Shown piece by piece: positions 51,979 to 63,830 of a DNA stretch of 64,000 nt. The translations under genes and the position numbers were made by a program. This stretch comes from Hyphochytrium catenoides. Taxonomy: Eukaryota > Protista > Hyphochytriomycota. The stretch covers positions 10,985 to 74,984 of the forward strand of contig FLMG01004529.1 of assembly GCA_900088475.1 (NCBI GenBank). Reading direction: 5' to 3'. Position 1 is the first letter of the stretch; every line of letters starts with the position of its first letter. Under the pieces are notes generated by a model. The model saw only the letters and a program-made list of their open reading frames with translations. It ran no database searches and was not told where the DNA came from.

Positions 51979-52472
51979 AGAGAGTATAGACGAGTAAAAT
52001 GATTGATGCGGTGTATGGAAGAAAACAGAGAGAGAGAGAGAGAGAGTGGTCGTTGACGGCAGAGTCACAAAAAGGAGCAAGAAGGGCGACGAAAGTGAAG
52101 GAAGAAACTCTCCATTTCCTTCTTACTAAGTTTTCTCCTCCTCACCCCGTCAGGGTCCCGGCTCCAATGCGTGATCATCGCAGCAATCTCTAGCGCTTTG
52201 GATTAAACTGTTAATGAAGACACATATAACGCTCTCACTATGGCCTACTATTATCATTAGCTCCAGAGCTCAAATTTTCTCTTCTTTTCTCTCTGTTTGC
52301 TCTCTCTCTGTCTCCCTGTCTCTCTCTCTCTTCTAATCTCTCATATGATCTTTCGGTTCAACAAAAAACTGTAACAAGTTCTCCTGGAACTGCGGCTTGG
52401 TCGATGGTCTAGGTGCTCTCTCTCTTCCTCTTCTTGCCGGTAAATTCCTCTCTTTCTCTCTTCACTATGCGG

Positions 52473-55400
52473 CTATTTCTCAGCTGCTGGCGTTGGTGAT
52501 ACGCCGAGAAGCTCTCTCATGGAAGATTTAAGATAGTCCTGATAGGAGATCACGTCAGAGGCAGAGATAAAGCCAGTAAGAAGGGAGAGTATGGGAAGGA
52601 GGGAGGGCAGGAGAAGGGACTAGGGATGCGACATATGCAGAAGGAAAGACAAGCTTATAATGACGTTTCGACGGGTAAACGCTAAAGAGATGATGGAGCA
52701 ACAAGTACTGCTGGATAGGTTGTCGTAGGCAGGAAAGGTCAAGAAAAAAGTGGAACCGAGAGAGATGAAAGAGAGACAGGAAAGGTCAAGAAAAAGTGGA
52801 AGCGAGAGATATGAAAGAGAGAAATAGAGACAGAGACAGAGACACAGAGAGACACGGAGAGAGAGACAGAGACAGAGAGAGAGAGAGAGAGAGACACAGC
52901 GAGAGAGACGCGACACAGCCATACCAAGAGCTGAGGCCTTCTTCGTAGGATCAGCAGTGTAAAAGCAAGAACTCCGACACCTACGACTATCCTCCTTCTC
53001 CGCACTCGTCTCTCCTTAAGTCTCTTATAGTACTTCGACTCCTTTTCCTCTTTCTTTCCTCTTTCCATAGCAAATCGCTTGGAAGCGTCAAGAAGATGAG
53101 CTGGCAGGGAAGAGAGAGACACCAAAACAGTAGCTATTAGTATGGCCAGGAGACCAATCCCTGAACCTTGCTCTTGTCTCTCTATCTCCTTCTATCATCC
53201 CAGGTCGTCCCGTCGCCTTCTTGATCCCCTCTGCCCCGTGCTCTGTTCCGTAACAATCTCGGCCTTCTTACCTTTTCTGGGTATCTTGATGTCCTCGAGG
53301 TCCTTGAACTCAGCAGCATGGAGTTTGCTCTGGAACTCATAGAGTAACCGGAGCCGAAGGTCCTCAGACTCTCCCTCGGAAGGGTCCCAGAAGCCTGGCA
53401 TCCACTTCTTTGTTTCTCCACCTGTTAGAGGACGAAGAGAGGACAGAGTTGTTAGCAGAAGGAACACCAAGAGGTAGGGATAGTCGAGGGGGAGAGAGAG
53501 ACACGAGAAAAAGCAAGAAAAGAGAGAGAGAAAAAGGGAGAGAGCGAGAGAGAGAGAGAGAGAGTCCCATAATGCATACGATCTCACAGAACAAGAAAAG
53601 TTCTGTGGACCATCGTAACGTTTACTGCCGTCTCTTGCTTACCCACGACGACTAGCTTTGAATCCTCAACCAAGCACTGGAGAGGAAGTAGCACGTCCAG
53701 GCACTGCGCCGTCTATCAAGAAAGGAATCGTTAGCAGGTAAAAGAAGGCGATTATCAATCAGAAAGATAACGTAGGCGTTCTGCGCAACTTCTATACGGA
53801 GCAATAGGATGGATCGACGGGTACTCATGGGCGGATTGACGTCCAAAAGGAAAGTCGAGAGAGAGAAAAGTGAAACAGAGAAAAGGAAAGAACAAGAGAG
53901 AGTGGATAAGGCGATAGAATAGCTTAAGAAAGCCAAGCCAAGAGCAGCGCCGAGGAGTCAAGACGCAATGCGGTGAGGTTTGGTTTGGTACCAGGTCAAA
54001 GCCGGTGTCGGGCAGCACACCATAGATGGCCTTGCAGAGGACTAGTCCGCCGCCCTCCACCTCAGTCTCTGCCGCTACCTTCAGAGCGTATGTCTCCTGC
54101 GGTTGAGAAAGAACGAGTGGGGATAGTCAGAAACGGAGATGGTGTTAGCGGTAGAGTGGTATGCACGAGGAAAGCAGAGCGCATGAGGGAGGGAGAGAGA
54201 GAGAAGAAGACCAAGACCGCTGCATGACCGAGGGGAGAACGAGGCAAGCAGGCGAGAGAGAGGTGATGGAAAGAGAGAAAGAGAAGGCGAGAGTCCACAT
54301 GATAGAGTAGGAAGAATACAAGATATTTCTTTCTGAAGGAACAGATGAGCAAGTGAAGTATTGGATTCACACCTTCGAGTTCTCAATGAAGGTGATGGCT
54401 TCGCTCTTCTGAAGGCGCGTGGCCTGCTTGTACTGAGGCAACGGGAAATGCGGAGATTAGATTAGAGAGAAGCAAGAGAGAGAGGTGCAGAGATACGAAG
54501 GAGGGGCCAACGAACACAGAGAGAGGAAGCCCAGAAAGCGGGTCCCTTGAGAGAGACAGCAAAGACAGCTTTGGAATTCTTCGTGCCTTGTGATGGTCCC
54601 AGAGCCCCTCTCGAGTTAGGTCATACTTGGCCCGCGCGGTTGCATTCGTCAGGACCTGTGAGACAGAGAAAGACCAGCGGTACAGTGGATCAGAAAGAGA
54701 GCGAGGAGAAAGGTGGTGCACAGAGGTTGAAAGTCTCGTCACCTCCGCAGTAACAAGGAAAGCCATAGTTACGCCCAGAGCCATAAAGATGCGGAGGGCA
54801 CAGACGGTTGAGAGATAGAAGAGTGAACAGCAGAAACCATGTATCTTTTTCTCTCTCTTTCTCTTTCCCTCTCTCTCTGTGTCTCTGTCTCTCGCTCTCT
54901 CTCTCTTTCATTTTTCTCTGTCTCTCACTCAATCTATCTCTCCTTATCTTCTTCCTTGTCCATACTTACATTGTGTGCGTTGTTGATTCTAAAAAAGAGT
55001 TCCTGCCTCTGGCTCTCCGAGAGATTAGGATCAGCGTGTCTTACTCTATCGGGATGCAGCTGCAGGATCAGCTCTTTGAAGCGCTCACGAATAGCCTCAA
55101 TAGAAGCCTGAAGGGGACGGACAAAGAGACAAGAAGACCAAGATGGAAACAAGGCCAAAAGAGAGGCCATGGAGAATGGTTAAGGTTCCAAGAGGTGGAG
55201 AGAGAGAGAGGGGAAGAGAGAGAGAACAAGAGAGACAGAGGCAGAGAGAGAGAGAGAGAGAGAAAGGCCAAGGCAGTGGGCGGTTAATATCATCATGGAT
55301 GGCTAAGCGAAAGGTAGAACTATTCCGCGCAGCGTGTCAGGGCCAACAGAAACAGAGACGGAGAGAGACATAGGGAGCTGGAAATGTCACCTTGACTGTG

Positions 55401-56166
55401 AGTAGAAAAATTACGCGGCAACGAGATAGAGAAAGGACGAGATGGGAAACACCTAAGCGCCGTTTGAAAGAGGGAAAGTTGGGACGGTGGGAAGAAGTGA
55501 GAGAGGAAAGAGGAAGACGATAGCGTGTCTTACATCCTCTGCGACCCCAAGTACTTCATAGTAATCCAGTGCGGTAACACGGAGAGAAAGGGGTAGAGAC
55601 TTTGGAGAGGGGCGACTTTGGCAATCCTCCTCCTCTTCCTCCTCTGATAAGGCTTCTTCTCTTCCTCTCCCAAGAGGCACAAAGGGCTGTGAGTGCCTGT
55701 TTCTCCTTCTTGGAGCCATAGAACTGAATCGCAGTCTCCTTCCTACTCTTTCCCGCGGCCTCTCTCTTTCTTCTCGGCTCACAGGTTCGCTCTGGTCACT
55801 CGAAGAGACAGGATCCACTGGCTCTGTCTCGCTTGAAAGGGAAGCATCCCCTGATTCCGTTCTTCTCTGACCGCTTTGTCTCTCTCTCCCTTCTTTCTTC
55901 CAGAGCTGCGGAGGCGTATCTCCTGCCACTGCCCCGGCAGCGTCTGCGGCAGATCTCACCTCAACGACCTTCTGTCCAGAAGCAGAGAGGGAGAAAGAAG
56001 TGACAGACTCCGACTTCTTCTTCCTGGTGATGCCGACTCTTCCTCTCCTCCCAGAGCTAGAGTCAGAGGAGTTGCCAAGTCGACTGGGACGCGCGATGTA
56101 GGCAGAGTGGTCTACATAGAGCCTCTCAGAGCCAGGGCGGACAGGTTCTGCCATCTCTCGCGGCAT
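52473..56166 (-). CDS. J-domain protein with DNAJC11-type C-terminal domain (DUF3395) and C-terminal transmembrane segment
   Basis: J-domain LDYYEVLGVAEDASIEAIRERFKELILQLHPDR...FFRINNAHNVLTNATARAKYD. Then GLVLCKAIYG, CLDVLLPLQCLVEDSKL, TKKWMPGFWDPSEGE..LRLLYEFQSKLH...DLEDIKIPR (DNAJC11 C-terminal domain), then RRRRIVVGVGVLAFTLLILRRR. Confidence 0.85.
52730..52822. repeat. Imperfect ~47-bp tandem duplication in intron
   Basis: CAGGAAAGGTCAAGAAAAA(A)GTGGAASCGAGAGAKATGAAAGAGAGA x2. Confidence 0.85.
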
Positions 56167-57636
56167 TTTTGTTCCCTATATCCTTATTGTTCTCTCTCTC
56201 TCTCTCTCTGTTCTATGCCACTTGTGGACTGAGGACACTTTTGCGGAAACGCCGTCGGCCTCTTTCGACGTGCTCGTAGTCTTGCTGCCTTATGTACTTC
56301 CCTCTCTCCGAGTTCTCTCCTCTTTCCACCAGAGACTGAGTCTGCACTTGGTCGGAGTTTCCGGTTGTCTTTCTTTGCCAGTCACGTCCGGTGTCGTTTC
56401 AGCCGATGGAGAGAACGGATATCTTCGTTCCTGCCACTACTGTGGTCCGTAGAAAGACAAGGCTGAGAACAGGTGTGAGAAGTGGATAACGAAGGAAAGA
56501 CGAGTGAGAGACAGAGAGAGAGGAAAAGAGAGAGAGAGAGAACATGATTCTTGTTTGTTGCTACGAGTACTCAGAGCAGCCGGGTACCGCTGGACCGCTT
56601 CTTTCTGCTATGGCCGCGGTTGGTCCTTCTCTCTCTCTCTNNNNNNNNNNNNNNNNNNNNNNNNNNNNNNNNNNNNTCTCTCTCTCTCTCAGTCGTTGGC
56701 TCTCTTATCCTCCTTCCTCTGTCTCTGTCTCTCCCTCTTATTGCGCCTTCGCATTGTTTTACTCTTCCTCACCCAATTCTTCCTCTCATCTTCTCTCTGT
56801 CTCTCTCCTAAGCACTCAACCTTTAGTCCCTGAAATATCTCTACCACACTCTGGCTCTCTGGCTCCGTCTCGTTGATGCTTCACTGGTGGCGTTTGGAGG
56901 AAGAAGCGAAACGGAAATATGTGGAACTCATCAACTACTGGACGATTACAAACACATAGATACCGCAAACCCAAATAAGCCTTTCGTATATAGAATTACC
57001 CGTCAAACGCAGATTGATTAATAACACAGTATTCCTTTGTCTTTGATTCTTCTTACTACGTCACGGATTGGGTAAAGATAGAGCTTGATGCTATTGACTA
57101 TTACTAGGGAGGAAACGTTACCGCTTGGCCAGGTGGGTGGGGCCGGTGCCAGCATTTCATTCCTCGGCTCTAGACGCTGATTGACTGCAGGATGTGTTTA
57201 TTGACTTCTGATTGGCTAGTGAAAATAGATCTAGGATTTAGACGCAATGGAAGTTCCGCATATCCAGCGCATTGTTAGTGGATGCTAGGACTGACACCAA
57301 GTGCATCAAGGGCTAGAAGACCCATCCACCCCTAGTAGTAAGGGTGGTCCTTGAGTTCCCAGTACAGGAATGTCAATGGCCGCAATAATAATAGTCCCAG
57401 GCTGGCTAGCTTACCATTCTGTCACTCCTATAGGCTTCTGACCTACAGTACAGTTCTTCTTTGATCGTCGTAATTCAGAATTAAGAGCCCTCTAATTATG
57501 GACCTTTACTCTGTGGTAAGGACATATCTAGGCCAAACAGTAGAGGTGTTCCTAATGAAGGAATTGTGCAATGTCCAAATGCAAGTTTCAAGAGCAGCTA
57601 TTTATAAAACCCTGATGCGTCGTAGCACTTTTATAA

Positions 57637-57873
57637 ATATTTAGAACCGTGTAGGTCTTTAGTTCTACATTTGGACTTCTATTTTCTTATATTATAATAA
57701 TAAAGGGCTGGCTATAAAATTGTTGGCCGATCCTAGATATTCTACTATAGGCTTGGAAGATATTTAGAACCGTGTAGGTCTTTAGTTCTACATTTGGACT
57801 TCTATTTTTTTATATTATAAGAAAGGGCTAGCTATAAAATTGTTGGCCGATCCTAGATATTCTACTATAGGCT
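57637..57873. repeat. Near-identical AT-rich ~115-bp direct tandem repeat (2 copies)
   Basis: ATATTTAGAACCGTGTAGGTCTTTAG...GATCCTAGATATTCTACTATAGGCT at 57637-57753 and 57760-57873, with a 6-bp spacer, a few substitutions and one small indel. Confidence 0.95.
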
Positions 57874-57879
57874 CGGTCA

Positions 57880-60560
57880 TACCAAGAGCTGCGACCGCTT
57901 GATCCTCATCGGCCTCATGGTCTTCACATGCGCATCAGGAGCTTCATCATCAGGCATTAAGTGCCTGAACATCCGTTGCTGGGCGCGGGCGGGTTATGTA
58001 TGGACCGGTGCCATTTGCAAACTTTATAACAGATTCTCTTGTTCGGTCTGTCACTGCAGTCAAGGAGAATAGCTTCTTCTTCGGCAGACCAACTACTCAT
58101 CAGGGTTGTGAGCTGATGACGGATCTTGTTGAGGTTGTTCCTTGACATCCCAGCTTCCTTCCAGTCAAAGCCAGCGAACTGGGACGAAGTCAGTCCTTCC
58201 CTCGGCACAGCTACTACTAGGCGGCAACTGAATGCTCTATCGGTCCAGATTAATTGGGCTTTTGATATTTGAGCCTCCGTGTGGTTGACGGCAACACCTT
58301 ATCCTAAGGCTGGTCGTTCAGTGGGGAGTTAGCAGTTGTCGTATGGTCTTCCTTGCCTTTGTTGCAGGTAAAATCGGAGGCGCTCTCGAACTTCAGACCT
58401 ACCGCTTCCACACCGTATGCGCTAACCGTAAGACCAACGCCCTTGATGTAAGCGTGTCCGTAAGGCCAAGCGGTCGAGCAGAAGCTTGGCCTGTTTCCTC
58501 ACTTTCTAGGTGCTGAACCTCCCTTAGGAGAACCTCGTGAATAGCTCTATTATTGATACCATCGTTTGGTAGACTTTGCCCTTGTCCCTCGTTGTAATCT
58601 AAGTCGATGAGAGTTGAAGATGATTGGATAGACGCAAGCTCCGTCGACGTAGGGTATAGAAGCCCCTCAGTCGAGCAGTAGACTCCTTCAACGCCTGGTA
58701 CGAAGATGAGGGAGAATTTTGTTGAAGGACAACTGGCGGTGAAGAGTGTGTGGCGCTTTCCATTTGACTCTGTCTTCTGACCTATCTCTTCATCATCCAT
58801 CGCCTCGCGCTGTTTCAGTGAAGATACGTATCATTGGCATCACGATATCCATCAGCCTTTTTCTGCGATGAAGGGCCCGTAGTATACGCAGACATCTTGA
58901 GAGCGTAGACTATGACGTTCTCTGGGATTCCTCATTGTTTACCAAGAGCCGTCCACGCTTTTTCCCAAAAGTCCGCAGGACATCCTTCTCTGTGCCAACA
59001 ATCAAAAGCGGTGTGATAACCTCATGCGACAATAATTGTGGGATCGCGCCAATTGTTACTATTCTCAGCTCCGCTGTTATGTCTCACTAACATTCAGACC
59101 CAGAAGACTGTGCATCCATCCTGGAGTCCGACGAACTATGCCAAGAAAGTGAAGAGAGAGAGAGACTCTTGGAACAATATCCCCGAAAGAAAAGGAAGTA
59201 GAGATGAACGGAATAGTAAAGCGAGAAGAAATAGAAGATGAAAAAGTATTTAGAGAAGACGAGCTACGAAGTCTACCTCTCCTCATCAACACTCTCCCGT
59301 CCACCATCAAGGTGAGTATGAAGTTAGAGCTATTAATCGAAGTCCTCAGCAATAACAGTAGGAGAGAACTGGGAAAGAAAAGACACCCAGATCATCATCA
59401 CTCTCGGCCAGACAAGCAAGAGAAGGGACCAACTGCTGAAGAAGAAGAGAACTACCTACAGAATCTGAAGCAGCGCTTTTCCTTCATGGATAGCTAAGGA
59501 GCACCATTGAGTGCGAAGCCTAAACTCACCGTATCTTGGAATCAATGACAATGTCGAGAAGCTGTTCCACACAGTCCACGATCTTGAAGGAAAGGCTCAC
59601 GAAGTGTGGGCCTTGCAGAAAAGCGGAGTAACGAGGAGGTGTCCAATGTTTCTCCGAAGGGACGGAGAAGAAGGCAAAAGCACTGTCATGCTGCGAGACC
59701 ATTCCAACGCTTCTTAGAAGAGCTATGACGGTTAACACCACTTGCGGAATTGGGTGTGGGTAGAGATCAGTTAGTTAGTTGACGACAAAGTTAAGAACAA
59801 GGACGATGGTCAAGATGTTTTCTGGCGCATTCAAGAGAGCGTCCTTCTTTGCGGCATTGTCGAGCAGGACACGGTACACGATGGTGCCTGCGAGTAGCAC
59901 CACATTCAGCTTTGCAGACCATGGCGTGGTGGCCCACGACGTGCCACCAACTCAACCTTGTTGCCTTCCTAAGGGTGGAGACACGGGGATCTTCAAGAAT
60001 AGAGAGTTTGGACCTCCGGGCGCATTTTAGCGTTCTTAGTATCAACCTTGTAAGTTCGACATGTATGCCTCAAAAAGAAGAGGTAAAGAAGAGGTTAGGG
60101 AAGGCGCCGGCCGATAATGATTGCAGCGACGACTGCAGTTGAGATGAGGGAGACTCACTTAACACAATCTGCGATACACCTCCGACGAAAGACAAGGGCT
60201 TAACAAAAGGGAATCCCCTCAGAAGTTTGAGAAGAATACATTTGAGTTTGAGCTGTTCTCTAGGATAACGATGATAGTGTAAGACGGTCGGACCAGCTTC
60301 ATAAGGGTGTGACTTTGTCTAGAGCTGACCCTTCTTTTGTCAGTGCCAGAGAAGGGGAAAGACCGTTGAGCAAGCGAACCATAACGACTGAGCGCTAAGC
60401 ATCAGACTGTTGTTGTCCCGCCTACAAGCCTCACCGCAGTCTTCCAGATATGCAATAGCAAGGTCGCTTGGCTTGGCTGATGTATTAGGACAAACTGATA
60501 TGAGCGCGCTCTCTATTGGCTTCCTTATTCACATTCATGGCAATCATATTATAAAGAGGA
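57880..60560. pseudogene. Block of fragmented, intron-poor coding relics, probably decayed mobile element(s)
   Basis: Short broken ORFs on both strands. An HMG-box-like piece at 59038-59241 (LLLFS...HPSWSPTNYAKKV...WNNIPE), a weak SAP-like piece (ARPLGLTDTLTSRALVLRLA, minus ~58420-58480) and CHQLNLV at ~59942-59962. No host-type intron structure. Confidence 0.35.
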
Positions 60561-60831
60561 AGTGAGGAAGCCGCTGCCGCTTGTGACTGTGCTCTGTTCA
60601 TGGTGCCGTCATCGTTACCAGTTGTTATTATTATCATTATTTATCAATTTACGAGCTTTACTTACATCATCCTGGCCATTTCCATCTGCCCAGCTGTCAA
60701 CCAAAGGGTATCCAAGAGGAGATCTATGCTTCCTCTGTCCCCAGAGGCTCCTTCCTTCATACATTAACTTGTACACGATTAGTGTCCCCCAATCCTGAGC
60801 TCTTCCATCAGACGTTCTATTGCATGCCTTA

Positions 60832-62937
60832 TTACTTGCCCCCACTGGCTCCAGAAGAGAACGCTGTCCACTTCTGCGCGGTTCCTCCCCAACGGGCATG
60901 GAGTTGACCGCCTTGAGCTAGCTCCCTCTCTAGAGCAGCAACCTCCTTCTGCTTTTCTTTCTTCCTTCTCGACTCACGCTGCAAAGGAAGCGAGTCAAAC
61001 TTTGGCTGCCATAGCCCATTTGTCACATATTGATACAAGTTCCTCCAACCTGTTTCTTTGTCAATGTTGGTTCTCCTGTTTCTGGGTTTCTCTTAGCCAC
61101 AGGCTTCTTTGTCTTCTTAGCAGATACCTGCCACAGAAGAGGAAGAGAGAGAAGGAGAGCGTCAACGCTGAATAAAGGCAGTCGATGCGTGAAGTAGACA
61201 GGGCGAAAAAGAAGGTAGGCTTCTGTCTAGCACAAGAAATAGCGGCACTGAGCAACTCCCTCGACTCCAGCTCTCTTAGCGGACGAGAAGGAGCAGGGGC
61301 AGATCAAGCCGCAATGCAAAGAACAAGAGACCAACGCAAAAAGTCTAACCAAAGGAGAGGCAGAAGGAGAAGAGAGACATGACCAATAAAGGTCACACGA
61401 AAGGCATTTAGGGGTGCGGAGAGGAAGACTCAGGGCTGAGACAGAGAAGAGGTAGAGTCCAGGAGGAAACGTATCGTTATAGGGAAAAGTAAGGGGCAAG
61501 TGGAACAACCACCTGCAGACAGATCGATTGGGGAGAACAAAAAAGAAATCCAATGGAGAGAGGAAGTGAATGATCAAGAGGGAGGAAGGTCATAGTAAGA
61601 TAAACATTGAGCACGAAGTGCCTATGCATCAGCAACAAGGGTAGACAATCCTGGTGTGCCAGCACTATCGCTAAATTTCTTGACTCCAAGCTGAAGACTA
61701 AAAAGTATGAGGATGCCTACCATCTCCCAACCTCCTCCCGCACTCTCCTCCAATGAGGTTGACTCGAACTCCCAGTCAGGATCCACTTCCTTCCCATAAT
61801 CGCTCTCATTGTCAGTGGTCTCCAGCTCTACCTGGCGTATCACTGGGGCGAAACCCTTAGACTTGGAGCGTATTCGGTCTCGAGAGACATGAGTCTTCCT
61901 TGATCCGTCATCATATTCCAGCGTGTACGTGTAATCGCTATGGACCTAGACGAACGGGCATCGGAAGGCAAGAAGCCCAAGCGATTGAGACCGAGGAAGG
62001 CGAAGATCTGATAGGAAGAAAAGTCAAGAGACAACCATCAAGAGTTGTCGAGTCCCAAGGGATGACAAGCACATCTAAGATAGCATGAAAATTCGTTCTC
62101 TTACAGCGCAGACGGTGGCTGGGAAATACTGTCTTTCTTTGTCGTAGAGCGCCTCCACAACCTCGCCCACTTTGTACGGAGCCTTAGCAGCATCAGCTCT
62201 TTCTGCTATCTTTCTCCTCTCCTCCGCAGAGAGGACACCGATTTTGGTGCCGGTCTTTCCTTGCTTGATCAGCTTTGCAAGCACCTGCACAGCAGACAGT
62301 GAGCCCATCGGTGCATGTTCCGTTTGTTAATCATTAAGAGCAAGAAGTAGTATCATCAGGCTCAGCTGAAGAGAGACAAGGACCTCTCCAGACTAGAAGT
62401 AGCGGCTTTCTTGACAGAGGTACCTAGGACATCTTTTTCGCAAGAAAGAGTTGGATTTGAGAGAGACAAGAGGTAAAAAGAGGAGAGAGAGTATAGCTAG
62501 AAGCGCATAGTGTATGGACGAAGCTTCTGCACCTGCTCCGCCGGTAGGTCGTCTTCTTCTTCAGAGTCGCTGTCATCTGCCGCCGCCTCAGTCGTCTGCT
62601 CAACTTTTGGCTCCAGAGTGCTGGAAGACAGAGGAGGCGGACTCTCTGCAGTTTCTCCTGACTCTGACTGTTTCTTCGCGGCCTTTGCAGCTTTCTTCTT
62701 CCTCCTTTTCTCTGCCTTCTTCTTACTACTAGCCGTGCTCTCCCCTTCCCCTATATCTTTAGTCTTCTTATCTTCTCCTTCTACCGCCTTCAGATCTTGC
62801 TCGTCTTCTTTCTCTCCTCGTGCTTGCTGCTGCTGCTGCGGCCTCTTACCCACGTAGTTAGGGAGAAAGTTCAGAAGGACGAACGTTGAGACCAGGAGCA
62901 CGAAGTACTGCAGCAGATCCTTCACCAGCTCGGCCAT
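60832..62937 (-). CDS. N-terminally membrane-anchored Tudor/Agenet-like domain protein
   Basis: Five phase-0 GT-AG exons. Hydrophobic LLQYFVLLVSTFVLLNFL near the N-terminus, a Lys/acid-rich linker, a Tudor-like core YKVGEVVEALYDKERQYFPATVCAVHSDYTYTLEYDDGSRKTHVSRDRIR, then GWEMVSAKKTKK and LTKKQRESRRKKEKQKE. Confidence 0.8.
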
Positions 62938-63358
62938 GACTTCTCTTGGGGAGACAGTAANNNNNNNNNNNNNNNNNNNNNNNNNNNNNNNNNNNNNNNA
63001 GAGAGAGAGAGGGAGAGGCAACAGAGTGAGATGGAAGAGCTAGAGATAGGGAAGATGAGAAACTGTGGAGGCGCACCTCACCCTTACGACTCTCTGCGTA
63101 CGAAGAGATGGCCTCGATATGGCGTTATAATAGAGAGAGACGCAAGCAAGGGAGCAGGTCGCTGCGGTATGAGGAGCTGATCCTGCGCGATCAGATGCGT
63201 TTCTGCCAGGAGAAGACGATGAGCCGTCTCAGCAATGGAGCTGCAACTTGAACAAGAGAGCCTCAGTCTCCCTGACGTGAATCTCCGTCAAAAAAATTTG
63301 CAGCTCTGAGAGTTGGTCGCTTGAGCTTTTATGCAAGCTCTGTACGCGATGTGAGAGT

Positions 63359-63361
<3 letters not shown>

Positions 63362-63414
<53 letters not shown>

Positions 63415-63830
63415 AGATAAAGAGAGGGAGAGACTGTGGAAGAATCTCAAATATTAGCAAGGAGCAATGCACACGGCCGCAGTGCGAGGAGACCCGTCCG
63501 CTGCGTGATGATGACGGAAAAACCGAGACTTTGGTCAGCAGAAGTGGGGACTATTATGATCAACTAAAAGATTAGAGAAGAAAGACAGGGAACTTCAGGG
63601 AGAGGAAGAGAGAGAGAGGTGTGAGAGGGAGCGAGAGCGAGAGAGGTCAGAGAGAGAGAGAGAGAGAGAGAATAGAGAGGGCGAGAGAGAGATAGAATAG
63701 AGAGGGAGAGAGAGAGATAGAATAGAGAGGGAGAGAGAGAGATAGAATAGAGAGAGAGAGTGAGAGAGAGAATAGAGGGCGAGAGAGCGAGAGAGAAGAG
63801 AGAGAGAGTGAGAGAGAGAGAGAGAGAGAT
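63362..63830. repeat. (GA)n microsatellites plus a 25-bp composite minisatellite
   Basis: A long (GA)n run at ~63365-63408, and GAGAGAGAGAGATAGAATAGAGAGG x~3 at ~63680-63760. Confidence 0.9.

Noticed and set aside
24686-57111. 11-bp inverted match (CTCCCTAGTAA at 24686 / TTACTAGGGAG at 57101) as possible TIRs
   Set aside because: Too short to be beyond chance in 64 kb, and it would enclose many housekeeping genes.
57637-57873. CRISPR-like array
   Set aside because: Only two long copies with a 6-bp spacer, in a eukaryotic context with no cas genes.
57872-57935. CGGTCATACCA...GATCCTCATC resembling the 5' end of 5S rRNA
   Set aside because: The similarity is short, the internal box A/C and 3' pairing are not present, and the segment reads as the end of a minus-strand coding relic.
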